Position numbers and translations under genes: made by a program
Part shown: piece by piece, positions 26,801 to 36,729 of the stretch
Numbering within the stretch: position 1 is the first letter of the stretch
How the letters are laid out: the number at the start of each line of letters is the position of its first letter
Origin: a virus
Taxonomy: Duplodnaviria; Caudoviricetes
Virus record (IMG/VR): IMGVR_UViG_3300037458_001574
Span: 1 to 40,454 of that record
Strand: one strand, 5' to 3'
Length of the DNA: 40,454 nucleotides
The notes under the pieces: generated by a model
What the model was told of the DNA's origin: nothing
The model's database searches: none
Seen by the model: only the letters and a program-made list of their open reading frames with translations

Positions 26801-27583
26801 GATGCGGCGGGCGATGTCGCCAAGCGCAACGCCGAAGTGGGAAAATCCGCCGATGACGCGGCGCAGAAAACCGAGTCGCTTACCAGCAGCTTTATCAAGT
26901 TTCGCGGGGAAGTGGCGAACGCCGTTGATTTTCGGGGCATCGGCCAGTTCAACGAGCTATTCAATCAAGTCAAAAACCGCATCGAAGAGGCCAATCTCGC
27001 CGCCCAACGCTTGGCGAACGAGGGGATTGCAGCGGCAGGCACCAACACGGCCTGGTTGGCGAAAGATCTGCTGGAGGTGGAAGGGGCACTGAGCGATGCC
27101 GCCCACACCGCCGGCAACCAACTGGTGGATGCCCTGGTTCAGGCCCGCCAGGAAGCGGAGGAAATGTCGGAATCGCTCAAGGACATGGCCGCCGACTTCC
27201 GTCGCGAAATCCTGCAAATCCAGGGCGACCAGGCGACGCTGCTGGAACTGGAACACCAGGAAAACTTGCAGCGACTGGAAGAACTCCACCAGCGCGCCGG
27301 GCAACTGGGCGACGACGAATATAACGAGGCGCTCCGTCAAGCCAACGCCCTGCACGAGTTGAAGATGCGGCAACTTCAGGAAGAAGCCAACCGCGACCGG
27401 GACACTACTGGCAATGCCGTCAATAATGCCAACGACGTTCGCGACGCCTGGGGCAAAGCCGCCGCCGAGGTGGAGCGCGCCGCCGTGGGCATCAGCCGCA
27501 TTGGCGCGGCGGATCTGTCCGGGCTGAACAACCAGTTGGCGGATACCGCGCAAGCCGCCGCCGCGTTGCGGATGGCGCTGTAA
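23831..27583 (+). CDS. Tape measure protein (1250 aa)
   Basis: QLTQAFGSGALRGEEFNSVME tape-measure domain; long Ala-rich coiled coil. Confidence 0.95.
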   Translation: MADKNLVLQLLITAKDQASAALRGIGASVKTMGDAVSQVLAPLRTFGGLLATAAGIGGAKELADRADAYIRVSNSLKIATTSEEAYQAALQDVAAIAARTNADIETTAQLYGKVAQSAKELGLSQTQVGQLTEVISKGMQLSGASAATASGAILQLTQAFGSGALRGEEFNSVMEASPELMRQLAAGLGVTIGELRGLAEQGALTSRAVSAALLAQKDAIDKAYGETTRTVEQSFTALNNQLILYVGKLNESTAATATIGSALKLLGDNLNVVAAAAGAGLAAALGKSTQALISYAKESIAARAAAREHAIAAAAQREAALAAAQGNLAAAQAAANRALAEQRAAHAALQAAWAAAATAKADQSVVQARAAVTASAQAATAATNRYIAAQAALNAAQAATTTSAGFMARAFSFLMRPGGLILAAVSAFGLLLPMLSSNKTATDALSGSLDEYAEALKKATAAQIEAQRQKLDLEINKQKTEIDDLVVSVQNQVRWLDQVKKANGNVASATDELNRRQAALDTATQNLNALTERRNALLNEQENRSKALSAEDARALVQYQRTILAMQQYAKDLDALGKQQKAVASATQERIQAELDLAKAAGDVQAVDRLTLELANARAAAARQQAELDRAAAVAATLKLEAVQKEYNLILQKQPKDEEGLRLAKQDAELKNAQAAASAALAAKLQQQARDTDALALATQTLETRLAALREETEQELARAEQQARVQSEQIQGALELAKAKGDEAEAARIVADATEQEIATAEQRIVLLREQQAEIDRHIQKLYAQFNADQDYTESERAVIEALKDKSAALDADIATIEAHLPLMEREAQQADIMTGPIGQLSRLYAEQTREHEQAASAAERYYDTQIKEVDAAIRVAQAKGDEAEAADLLLQKRDLEIEQAETMSALKAQEAVDAQNAVEVKKLEAAASEGVSEAEQIEIDKLQELADAKKTAAQQAEIHADALRKEKDAAESSSDAFDNAAKNAYKFSDAAGDVAKRNAEVGKSADDAAQKTESLTSSFIKFRGEVANAVDFRGIGQFNELFNQVKNRIEEANLAAQRLANEGIAAAGTNTAWLAKDLLEVEGALSDAAHTAGNQLVDALVQARQEAEEMSESLKDMAADFRREILQIQGDQATLLELEHQENLQRLEELHQRAGQLGDDEYNEALRQANALHELKMRQLQEEANRDRDTTGNAVNNANDVRDAWGKAAAEVERAAVGISRIGAADLSGLNNQLADTAQAAAALRMAL

Positions 27584-27819
27584 TGGCGGCCACCATCACC
27601 GAAGGGCTGGAACGGCTCAACAACGCCGACCTGTCCAAGCTCCGAACCAAACTCGACAAGCTGCGCGCCGACCTCGAAAAGGCCCTGGCCGCGCAAGGCA
27701 AAACGCCCTCCGCCGAAGCGACCGCCGCCGACATCGCCGCTGCCGCTTCCAAGGCCGGCGTGTCCGCAGAAGATTTCCTCGCCGCCCTGGAATGGGCCAA
27801 GAAAATGGGATTGATCTGA
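27583..27819 (+). CDS. Small helical hypothetical protein
   Basis: TAATG/TGATG coupling on both sides. Confidence 0.65.
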   Translation: MAATITEGLERLNNADLSKLRTKLDKLRADLEKALAAQGKTPSAEATAADIAAAASKAGVSAEDFLAALEWAKKMGLI

Positions 27820-30800
27820 TGGCCATTACCGTAGCCGACCTGAAATTCTTCCAGTCCGAACGCATGACCGACGAAACGGACGGCGGCGGGCAGATGACCG
27901 ACACCGAAATTGTTTCGGGAACCGACAACCAGATTTTCGACGACGTGTCCGACGTGGACCGGGCCGCCGGCGACGTGTCGCTGCGCAAGGTCTACGCCGC
28001 CGTCACCAGCGCCAACACCGACAAATATCTCGATGCCGGCGTGGTGGTCTTCCAGGAGCCCGCCGACCCCGCCGCCTCCGTGCTGGCGTTCACCACCGGC
28101 AGCTACTACGACGAGCGCGACGACCTCAAGGACCGCATCGAAAGCACCATCGTTCGAGGCGCGCGCTGGAATGGCTGGCTGTGGGGATCGCACTTCACCG
28201 GCCAACGCGCCATCACGATCTGGCAACGCCCCGAGAACGAATTGACCAGCACCGGCCAGCGCCTGGTGCTGATCAAACGCAGCAGCAGCGTCGAAGTGGC
28301 GTCGCAGTTTTTGTGGATCACCCGGGTCACCGATACCCTGCGCAATCAGTACGACGGCAACGGCGCGTACTCGGTGCGGGAAGTGGTCTGCGAGTTGAGC
28401 GAAGCCCTGGAAACCGACTACACCGGACTGGAACCGTCGCGGGAAGACCCGGTCATCAGCGCGGGCACCACCCTGCTCTACGATACCCGCTACAACGCCG
28501 AAGCTGTCGCCCTGTACGGGATTCGCCCGACCGTCGCCCTGGCGGAAACCGGCGATTACAGCATCCAGGTCGATACCCTCTACGAGTACATCATTCCGAC
28601 CAGCCTGAGCGAAACAGCCCTGGCCGACGTGAATCCGGGCGGGGACTCGCCGGCCCTGATCGCCGGCAACGACGCCACGATCAGCTTCGCCACCACCACG
28701 CAAAGCATTAAGCCCAACGTCACCCTGTACTGCGGGACCGGTATCGCACCCACCACCCTGAGCATCAGCGTGTCCGGGGCGACGATCACCGACGACAACG
28801 CCAAAGCGATGCTGGCTGGGAGTCAAATCGGCGAGATCGACTATGGCAACGGCCTGATCCGCTGGAACGACTCCTGCCCGAATTACAGCACCGCCAGCAA
28901 GACCGTCACCTTTACCCCGGCAGCGCGCCCGTTGCGGGTGGCGGATACCGCCGCGATGGGCGTCACCGTCGAAAACCGGGGCTATGTGTGGGTGATGACC
29001 CTCAGCCCGATTCCGTCGCCGCAAACGCTACGGATTGCCTACCGGGTCAACAACAAGTGGTACGTGCTGACCGACCTGGGCGGCGGGCAACTGGTAGGGA
29101 CCGATTCCAGCTACGGCAATGCCGTGCTGAACTTCACCACCGGCACGGTGACGATGACCACGGGCGAACTGCCCGATGTCAACTCCGAAATCATTTACAC
29201 CTGGGGCACGCCGGTCAATTACACCGCGCGCGGCGGCGATGCGGTGGATGCCCCGGTGGTGCGGTTCCAGTTGGCGTATGGCGGCGTTGCCCCTGGGACG
29301 GTATCGGGAACGTGGACGATTGGCGCGACGACGTATGTCCTGGACGACGACCCGGCTGCTGATGGCAACTTGACCGGAACGGGAGGTGTGGGCTTCATCC
29401 GTTACGCTACAGGCGAAGGGTGGATTCGTCCGACCACGTTGCCGCCCGTCAACACCGAATTCACCATCGCCTATGATTATGGCGATCCGGTGGAGGAGAC
29501 GTTCGCGCATCCGCTCCGCGAACTCGATGGGACACTGCTGCTGACCCTGAACGCCGACCCGCGCCCCAACACGGTCGAGGTGGAGTGGAATCTGCTGGTC
29601 GAGGATTATGAAGCCGCCTATAGCGTCACGCAGGATTTTATTTCGGCGGCTACTCAGCAGTTCGACCCGATCAAAATCATCCGGGATGATGGGGCCGGCG
29701 TGCTGACTGTTTCGGGCGGGACTAATGGGGTCGTGGATTACAATGCAGGGACGGTGCAATGGTTGCCGGATGTCATCGTTTCACTGCCTAAGCCGCTGTA
29801 TAGCAAGCACTTGATAGGTAGTACCACCAATACGGTTCCAGTCAGCCTTGATCCGCCGTCCTCACTCACGACCGTCACCAATACCTTCCGCACGTTGTTT
29901 GATGGCATCGAGTATATCCAGGCAGGGGCCGTTTATCCCAACGACGCCACGGGTTACGTCAAGGTCCGCTATCGAGTGGCGGGCGGCGATACCAGCGCCA
30001 CCGAAACCGTCACCCTCACCCAACTCAATCTCGATCTGACCAAGGGTTACGGCGAAACCATCACGGCGGGCAGCGTGCGCTTTACTCTGGGTGGTTCGAC
30101 CTACGTGGATACCGCCGGGCAACTCTATCGCGATCCGGGACCGGAGACCGGAGCGGGATCGCTCTGCGGGACAGTGGATCGGTCGTCGGGGCGCACTTAC
30201 ATCAATTCGTGGACCAGCGGCGGCGCGAATACCGTAGTCGTGCAATCGCTCGTGACGGAAGTAGCGGGCCAGCCCATCGAGGAGGTGGTGTTCCGCACCC
30301 CGATCTCGCCGATTCGGAGCGGTTCGCTGCAACTCCGCTATCAATTGCTGGATGGTACGACGAAGACCAAGACCGTCGATGGAACTGGCCACTTGCAAGA
30401 TTCCGATTGCACGATTCGGGTGGATGCGCCGCTCGGTATCGTGCGGGCGCGGTTCGGGCTGTGGAAGAAAGACAGTGATCTGACGCCAGACGAAAAACTG
30501 GAAAACTGGTATGACTCCGATGCCTTGGTGGACGTGGGCGGCGCTAATTTCATCTGGAAGCCTCAACCGGTGTTCGCCGATTCCATCCTTTACAACGCCG
30601 TCGCCCAGACCGTGTTGCCGCCCGATTCCGACCTGCTCGGCATCAACGCTGCACGATTGCCACCGGATGGCAAGGGGCTGATCTTCAACACCGGGCGGCT
30701 GGTGCTGGCCCATCATACTGATACCCACTCGGAAAACAGCCTGAGTCCGACCCAGGCCGTGGATATGGGCCGGGTGCGACTCTATCGCGTGGTGATCGAA

Positions 30801-31493
30801 GACGCGGGCGGTCAACGCCTGCCGGCATCGTTCTATTCCGTGGCGCGGGACACCGGCATCGTCACCATGGCCGCCGACCTGAACCTGACCGGCTACACCG
30901 GGCCGTACACCTTCTCTCACACCGTCGCCGATCTGGCGCGGCTGGTGGACGTGGACATCAACGGCACGTTGAGCCTTAACAAGCAGTTAAGCCACGATTA
31001 CCCCGCCGACGATAGCCGGGTGTCGGGCGTGCTGTACGTCGGCACCCTGCAAGCCCGCTACACCAATCTGTTTTCCCAAGCCACCTGGACGTCGGTCTGG
31101 TCGGATACCGTGATCGGCGATTCGCCACTGGCGCAGTACAACGACGTGACTTATCCCCTGGTGGTGAGCAATCTGGGGGCCTATCAGGATCGGTTCGTCA
31201 TCCGCTTCACCAGCTCCACCGCGTTCGGCTGCTACGGCGAGAATCTGGGCTATCTCGGCGCCGGCAACATCAACGAGGATTTCGCGCCGATCAATCTGCT
31301 GACCGGCCAGCCCTATTTCACGATGGATTATCGCGGCTGGGGCGGGGGCTGGGCGACGGGAAACTGCGTGCGCTTCAACCTGATCGCCGCGTGTACGCCG
31401 GTGGATCTGATTCGGGCCATCCAGCCGAGCGAACCGACCGGGGTGGATGACTCGGTGGAACTGCTCTTTATTGGAAATACAGATAGCCTGTAA
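27819..31493 (+). CDS. Large tail-tip/baseplate protein
   Basis: MAITVADLKFFQSERMTD...GGG...GDVSLRKVY; IDYGNG repeats; RLPPDG; GWATGNCVRFN. Confidence 0.85.
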   Translation: MAITVADLKFFQSERMTDETDGGGQMTDTEIVSGTDNQIFDDVSDVDRAAGDVSLRKVYAAVTSANTDKYLDAGVVVFQEPADPAASVLAFTTGSYYDERDDLKDRIESTIVRGARWNGWLWGSHFTGQRAITIWQRPENELTSTGQRLVLIKRSSSVEVASQFLWITRVTDTLRNQYDGNGAYSVREVVCELSEALETDYTGLEPSREDPVISAGTTLLYDTRYNAEAVALYGIRPTVALAETGDYSIQVDTLYEYIIPTSLSETALADVNPGGDSPALIAGNDATISFATTTQSIKPNVTLYCGTGIAPTTLSISVSGATITDDNAKAMLAGSQIGEIDYGNGLIRWNDSCPNYSTASKTVTFTPAARPLRVADTAAMGVTVENRGYVWVMTLSPIPSPQTLRIAYRVNNKWYVLTDLGGGQLVGTDSSYGNAVLNFTTGTVTMTTGELPDVNSEIIYTWGTPVNYTARGGDAVDAPVVRFQLAYGGVAPGTVSGTWTIGATTYVLDDDPAADGNLTGTGGVGFIRYATGEGWIRPTTLPPVNTEFTIAYDYGDPVEETFAHPLRELDGTLLLTLNADPRPNTVEVEWNLLVEDYEAAYSVTQDFISAATQQFDPIKIIRDDGAGVLTVSGGTNGVVDYNAGTVQWLPDVIVSLPKPLYSKHLIGSTTNTVPVSLDPPSSLTTVTNTFRTLFDGIEYIQAGAVYPNDATGYVKVRYRVAGGDTSATETVTLTQLNLDLTKGYGETITAGSVRFTLGGSTYVDTAGQLYRDPGPETGAGSLCGTVDRSSGRTYINSWTSGGANTVVVQSLVTEVAGQPIEEVVFRTPISPIRSGSLQLRYQLLDGTTKTKTVDGTGHLQDSDCTIRVDAPLGIVRARFGLWKKDSDLTPDEKLENWYDSDALVDVGGANFIWKPQPVFADSILYNAVAQTVLPPDSDLLGINAARLPPDGKGLIFNTGRLVLAHHTDTHSENSLSPTQAVDMGRVRLYRVVIEDAGGQRLPASFYSVARDTGIVTMAADLNLTGYTGPYTFSHTVADLARLVDVDINGTLSLNKQLSHDYPADDSRVSGVLYVGTLQARYTNLFSQATWTSVWSDTVIGDSPLAQYNDVTYPLVVSNLGAYQDRFVIRFTSSTAFGCYGENLGYLGAGNINEDFAPINLLTGQPYFTMDYRGWGGGWATGNCVRFNLIAACTPVDLIRAIQPSEPTGVDDSVELLFIGNTDSL

Positions 31494-31524
31494 AATCGGC
31501 AACGTCGACGCTTAGGACTCCATC

Positions 31525-32646
31525 ATGACAGACACCACGGTCAAGTATTTCGATTCCACCATGTCCGGCGCCCCGGTGCTGTCGGGGACTGCCGGTGCGC
31601 TGATCAGCGTACTGGATGCCTGTCTGGTCAACGGGTTTGGCAGCGTGACCCTGGATAGTCTGGTTGTTGCGGATGACGTAGCCACTGGAACGATCAGTAC
31701 CGGCCATGGGTTTGCCATGTTCGGCGTACTCACTGGGCCGGTCATTACGATTGAGGGCGCCACACCGTCCGAGCTAAATGGAGAATGGCGCATTGCCAGT
31801 GTGCCAAGCTCTACTACATTTACCTTTGTAACTGAAGATATTTCGGATCAAACCGCAACCGGAACCATCACTGCTAAGCGATCCCCCGCTGGCATGACCA
31901 AGCCATTTAGCGGAACGAATCTCGCAGCCTATCGCAGCGCCGCACCGGGAACGCAGTTCTATTTGCGCATAAATGACACCACGACCACCTATGCCACTAT
32001 GCGCGGCTACGAGGCCATGAGCGACATTAGCACTGGCACAAATCCATACCCGACGGTAGCCCAAGCCGCAAATTGTTATTTCTACAAGGCTAGTAGCACC
32101 AGTAGCACTCGGCCTTGGTGTGCTATCTCTGATAGTAAGATGTTATATGTTTTTTCTGATGCTGGTCTTAATAGTAATTATAGCGGTAATTTTTCATGGG
32201 GTGACCTGATTTCCTATCTTGAAACAGATCAATATCATTCTCAAATCTTATATTCCACTGGTTCAAGTAGTTCTTCCTACTTAGGTAATCTTGCTAATGC
32301 AACTGGAGCTTATATTGCGCGAGCCTATACCGGACTTGATCTAGGCCCTGTTAGTAGTCATAGATATTCCAGTGGTCGCGGTACAGTTGTTGGAAATAAT
32401 ACTCAACGTTTCCCAATGCCAATCAATAACAAGGCGTTATTTTGGCCCATAGAAGTATGGGAGAATTCCGCAACTGCGGCGCGTGGTTTGATGCCAGGAT
32501 TTTATAATCCACTGCATTCAACTGCTAGTATTTTACTTCAGAATGTTGTAGTAACTGATTCTGTTCATTTACCTGGGCGCGAATTGATGTTTTTGGCGAT
32601 CGATTCTTATTTTGGTGCGTTCGATATTACAGGCCCGTGGAGGTGA
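31525..32646 (+). CDS. Tail fibre/tip protein with an AT-rich C-terminal half
   Basis: MSGAPVLSGTAGALISVLDACLVNG N-terminus; FDITGPWR C-terminus. Confidence 0.8.
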   Translation: MTDTTVKYFDSTMSGAPVLSGTAGALISVLDACLVNGFGSVTLDSLVVADDVATGTISTGHGFAMFGVLTGPVITIEGATPSELNGEWRIASVPSSTTFTFVTEDISDQTATGTITAKRSPAGMTKPFSGTNLAAYRSAAPGTQFYLRINDTTTTYATMRGYEAMSDISTGTNPYPTVAQAANCYFYKASSTSSTRPWCAISDSKMLYVFSDAGLNSNYSGNFSWGDLISYLETDQYHSQILYSTGSSSSSYLGNLANATGAYIARAYTGLDLGPVSSHRYSSGRGTVVGNNTQRFPMPINNKALFWPIEVWENSATAARGLMPGFYNPLHSTASILLQNVVVTDSVHLPGRELMFLAIDSYFGAFDITGPWR

Positions 32647-32647
32647 C

Positions 32648-33565
32648 ATGACAACTACGACATGGGACCCTAACAAAAAAAATCCCGATCTAACGCTAAG
32701 CAATGGCGACTTAACAGTTTATAACAGCAGTTCTACCTGGAGAATTGTACTTGGCAAATATGGGCTACTTGAGACTGGCAAGGGGTATTTTGAACTCACA
32801 TCCAGTGCTTTTAGTCATTATATGTTTGGGTTGGCATCTCCTTATGGAATGAATCTTGTCGCATCCAACGCCATTCTAGGCACGACTAATCTATCATGGG
32901 GCTACCGTGCTTCTAATACGAGTGACACTGCTGATCTGTATTGGGGCAATGCAACTGTTGATGTTGGCTCGGTTGTTGCCGTGAACGATGTAGTAGGGGT
33001 TGCGGTGGATGCTGCTGCCCATAAAATTTGGTATGCAATCAATAACACCTGGATTCAGAGCGGCGATCCAGCGAATGGTCTCAATCCATCCCATTCGGTA
33101 TCGAATAATAATCCTGGCTTGGTGTTTACAATCTTTCCGGCCCTTGCTCTATACAACGCAACAGTGACAGCCAGGTTTGCATCTGGCTCACTCACCTATA
33201 CGCCACCAACCGGCTTCAGCGCATGGGATGATGTTGCTACTGTCGCTCAATACCAAAATGGTGTTTTGCCCTGCACAGTCATAAACACTGTTTTACAATC
33301 AAACCTGAAGTCAACTTATGGTAAATACAAAATATCTGGAACTGTCACTGAATTAGGTGTTGCTGGACGGTATAAAGTGCGTTTATATTCCAGAACGAAC
33401 GGGGTGATGTACGCTCAAACTTGGTCATCGGCTACTGATGGTTCCTACGAGTTTAATTATCTCCCCTATCTGGCCAATGGGTATTACGTGATCGCCTTCG
33501 ACGAAGGCGACAATCCACTCAACGCCGCCATTGCCGACCTTGTCACCCCGGAACCCATGCCATGA
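32648..33565 (+). CDS. SPRY-like domain tail/receptor-binding protein
   Basis: TWDP...LTLSNGDLT, GKGYFE, DVVGVAVD...KIWY, YTPPTGF; C-terminal beta domain; AT-rich. Confidence 0.7.
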   Translation: MTTTTWDPNKKNPDLTLSNGDLTVYNSSSTWRIVLGKYGLLETGKGYFELTSSAFSHYMFGLASPYGMNLVASNAILGTTNLSWGYRASNTSDTADLYWGNATVDVGSVVAVNDVVGVAVDAAAHKIWYAINNTWIQSGDPANGLNPSHSVSNNNPGLVFTIFPALALYNATVTARFASGSLTYTPPTGFSAWDDVATVAQYQNGVLPCTVINTVLQSNLKSTYGKYKISGTVTELGVAGRYKVRLYSRTNGVMYAQTWSSATDGSYEFNYLPYLANGYYVIAFDEGDNPLNAAIADLVTPEPMP

Positions 33566-33960
33566 GCAACATCCTTGGATTTGCCGTCGCCCGCCGCACC
33601 AGTCGCGGCAACCTGCTGGCCGGCTGGCTGGCGGGCGGCGAAATCCGCGTATACGACGGCACGCGCCCCGCAGATGCGGACACCGCCATCACCACCCAAA
33701 CCCTGCTGGTCACCTTCGCGCTGGCCGATCCTTCGGGCACGGTCACCAACGGGGTATTCACCGGCACCAACCCTGCTGCCGCGCTGATCGCCGCCAGCGG
33801 AACAGCGGCCTGGGCGCGCGTCGTGGATGATAGTGCGGGTACGATCTGCGATGCGGATGTCGGGATTGCCAGTTCCGGCGCGGTCATCGAAATCGACAAC
33901 CTCAGCCTGGTCGAGGGCGGGTACTGCACGATCACGAGTTTCGTGCTGACCGAGCGGTAA
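33562..33960 (+). CDS. Virion structural protein
   Basis: IRVYDGTRP...SGTAAWAR...DADVG motif of small tail proteins. Confidence 0.75.
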   Translation: MSNILGFAVARRTSRGNLLAGWLAGGEIRVYDGTRPADADTAITTQTLLVTFALADPSGTVTNGVFTGTNPAAALIAASGTAAWARVVDDSAGTICDADVGIASSGAVIEIDNLSLVEGGYCTITSFVLTER

Positions 33961-33961
33961 C

Positions 33962-35980
33962 ATGGCTTACACCCCGCCGGTCGGGACCGCCGATCTCGCA
34001 CTGACGGGGAGTTATACCCCACCGGTTGGGACTGCCGATCTCGACATTGGCGCAACCGCGCTGCCGGAACGATCCGTTACCCTCGCGGGCGAAACCCTCG
34101 CGCCCACCGGCCTGATCGTCGTAGACCGGCAACCCCTGGCGGTGGTGGCGGGCGAAACCCTCGCGCCCACGGGCCTGATCCGGGTCGGCAAGCATACCGT
34201 GCTGGATCTGGCCGGCGAAACGCTGGCCCCCACCGGGTCCATCCGCGTCATGCCCATCGCCGTTGCGGTGGTGGCGGGCGAAACGCTGGCGCCCACCGGG
34301 CGGCTGGACATCGGTTACGACCCCAACCTGCTCTCGGCCATTCATGCCCTGACCGCGACCGTCTGGCAAGACGGCGATCTGGCCGCGAAAGGCGTGCATG
34401 AGGGCCTGCAAGACGCGCAACCGGCGCGGGTAGGCCCCAATACCCCCTGGCAGGATGCGGCGCTCCTGAGCGATGGTGCGCGCCACGTCTGGCAGGATTC
34501 GCTGCACCTGGATCGCGCGGGACTCGACCGCTGGCAAGACGCGGACGGGCTGGGCGATGGCAAAACCACCTGCTGGCAACCGTCGCCCCGGCTGGAACAG
34601 CAGACGGTCACCCCCTGGCAGGGGGGTCAGCCGGTCACGTCATCGGTAGCCAGTCCGTACCAGGCGCGGCTGCCGCTGGTCATTCCTTTCGCCCGCCCGG
34701 TCTGGCAACACGGCGACCCGATCACCCAGCACGTTCGGGACGGGATGCAGCAGGGTTTGAGTCTCATCGCCGTCGAGGTGGAAATCTGGCAGCAGGCCGG
34801 CTATCCCGGCAACGCGCCGAATCCCGGCCCGCCGATTCCGCCGATCATCCCCTGGCCGTGGGGCACGACGCTCCATATTCGTTGTCCGCTGCCGGGCACG
34901 ACGCTGCGCATCGGACGCTCGCCCTGCATCCTCTTCGCCGAGCGCGAAATTCCCTATCGGAGGTCCTACATGACCACGAACGTGGTCAGCCTGACGCGCT
35001 GGCCCGATTTGACCCCGCTGCCGGTCACCGGCATGACCATCGAAACCGATTTTGATTCCTGGTGTTGGGGCTTGACTGCGACGCTGGCGGGGCCGGACGC
35101 CTGGGAGCTGGTACAGCCCAATCCGCTCGCCTGCATGGTGGAAGCCACCATCAACGGGCAGGTGTGGCGATTCCTGCTCGACGTACCCAGCCAGGCTTTG
35201 GCGTTCAATTCAAACCGGACCACGATCAAAGGCCGCTCGCGGTCAGCATGGCTGCACGATCCGTATACCCCCAGCCAGGGATTCAGCGAATCCCAAGCAC
35301 GCGAAATGGTGCAACTGGGGGAGGCGGCGCTGACCACCACCGGCTTTACCCTGGACTGGCAGGGCGAGAACTGGCTGGTTCCGGCCGGGCGGTACACGGC
35401 CTGGAATACTCCCATCGGCGTGCTCATCCGGCTGGCGAACACGACCGATGACGGGCTGTACAGTCACCCCGCCGACGCGGTCATCACCCTGCAAAAACGC
35501 TGGCCGGTGGCGAGTTGGCTGGTAGACGGGGCGACGGCGGATCTGGCCATTCCTGAATCCGCGATCCTGAGCTTGACGCAAAATCCGGTGTATACCCAGC
35601 CGCTCAACGGGGTCTACGTGTCGGGAACCAGCCATGGCGCGCTGGTCCTGGTCAAGATCGCCGGCACCGATGGCGCGCTGCAACCCGCCGAGCCGATTGT
35701 CAACGAGCTGCTCTGCGATGAGGCGGGAGTGGCCGCCCAGCAACGCGGGCTGAATGCGCTGTCGGATTCGGGCGCCGGCTGGGAAATGGACGCGGAAACG
35801 CTGTTCAACCCGCTGGCCAATCCCGCCTTCCCCCTCGTGCCACCGGGCAGAATCGTCAGCATCGCCGGCCTTAAAGGCGTGAGCCGGAGTTGCCGGATCA
35901 GCGCGCAATGGGCGGGCGGGGCGTTATCCGTGCGGCAAAGCGTGGGGCTGGAGCGGCGGGAAATCGAGGTGGAATCGTGA
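33962..35980 (+). CDS. Tail hub/tip protein with N-terminal repeats
   Basis: AGETLAPTG x4, periodic WQ repeats, then D.DSWCW...GRSRSA.L...NGVYVSG hub-like region. Confidence 0.8.
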   Translation: MAYTPPVGTADLALTGSYTPPVGTADLDIGATALPERSVTLAGETLAPTGLIVVDRQPLAVVAGETLAPTGLIRVGKHTVLDLAGETLAPTGSIRVMPIAVAVVAGETLAPTGRLDIGYDPNLLSAIHALTATVWQDGDLAAKGVHEGLQDAQPARVGPNTPWQDAALLSDGARHVWQDSLHLDRAGLDRWQDADGLGDGKTTCWQPSPRLEQQTVTPWQGGQPVTSSVASPYQARLPLVIPFARPVWQHGDPITQHVRDGMQQGLSLIAVEVEIWQQAGYPGNAPNPGPPIPPIIPWPWGTTLHIRCPLPGTTLRIGRSPCILFAEREIPYRRSYMTTNVVSLTRWPDLTPLPVTGMTIETDFDSWCWGLTATLAGPDAWELVQPNPLACMVEATINGQVWRFLLDVPSQALAFNSNRTTIKGRSRSAWLHDPYTPSQGFSESQAREMVQLGEAALTTTGFTLDWQGENWLVPAGRYTAWNTPIGVLIRLANTTDDGLYSHPADAVITLQKRWPVASWLVDGATADLAIPESAILSLTQNPVYTQPLNGVYVSGTSHGALVLVKIAGTDGALQPAEPIVNELLCDEAGVAAQQRGLNALSDSGAGWEMDAETLFNPLANPAFPLVPPGRIVSIAGLKGVSRSCRISAQWAGGALSVRQSVGLERREIEVES

Positions 35981-36198
35981 AAAACCTGTTCAAGCGGTTC
36001 AGTTCGCTGACCGGGCGCTCGTTGCGAACGGTGGGGACCTGCATCAGCGCCGACTTCGGCGAGTGTACGATTCAGTATCCGGGGGGTAGCGTGGTCAGGG
36101 CGAAGGGCGCCGGGACCGAGGGGACCCGCTACTTCGTGTTGGAGGGCAAGCTGGACGGGGAAGCGCCCAGCTTGGCGAGCTTGACCATCGAGATTTAA
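35977..36198 (+). CDS. Small tail-tip protein, last late gene
   Basis: GTGA-coupled; NLFKRF...FVLEG...GEAP. Confidence 0.7.
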   Translation: MKNLFKRFSSLTGRSLRTVGTCISADFGECTIQYPGGSVVRAKGAGTEGTRYFVLEGKLDGEAPSLASLTIEI

Positions 36199-36566
36199 CG
36201 CCGCCAACCCGTGGCCCAAATCGCGCGGGCGGTGGCGCGTTGCGCGGCGGCCTGTTCTTCGGTGGCCCTCGCTTTGTGGTGTTCGGCGGTCATGCGGCGC
36301 TCTTCCTTGTCCGCCTCAGCTTGCGCCTGCGCTTGTTCGGCGCGGTAGCGGTCGCGCTCGGCCAGATAGGCGCGGGCGTTGTCGCTGATCCCGGAACCCG
36401 CGCCCATCGGGATCGACTTGACAGCAATGGACTCGCCGCCGCCGGTGGGGGTGCAGGGCATCTGTTGATAGGCCACTACCCCAGCGGCATTCGGGCATTT
36501 ATACATCGTCTGGCCGAACGCCGGCGCGGCCAGAATCAGGGCAAGACTCAATAGCGTGCGGTTCAT
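36195..36566 (-). CDS. DUF4124-like exported protein
   Basis: Signal peptide, then MYKCPNAAGVVAYQQMPC and a coiled coil. Confidence 0.75.
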   Translation of the reverse strand: MNRTLLSLALILAAPAFGQTMYKCPNAAGVVAYQQMPCTPTGGGESIAVKSIPMGAGSGISDNARAYLAERDRYRAEQAQAQAEADKEERRMTAEHHKARATEEQAAAQRATARAIWATGWRR

Positions 36567-36729
36567 TTCGTTTCTCCTTCATACGCTGGTACTTCGCGGC
36601 CTGTCGGCATCTATTGTTGCAATACCGCGCCCGTTCGTCAGACGCGGTAAACCCGCGCCCGCAGTGGGCGCAGGTGTAGGAGCGGACCGGGCGCATGGCC
36701 CGGAGGAGGGCGGCGGGGGTGGGCATCAA
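36499..36729 (-). CDS. Zinc-finger protein (CGNR-like)
   Basis: CAHCG..F...ARYCNNRCRQ. Confidence 0.7.
   Translation of the reverse strand: MMPTPAALLRAMRPVRSYTCAHCGRGFTASDERARYCNNRCRQAAKYQRMKEKRNEPHAIESCPDSGRAGVRPDDV

Noticed and set aside
31525-33565. Diversity-generating retroelement acting on tail fibres
   Set aside because: No reverse transcriptase gene and no TR/VR repeat pair seen.
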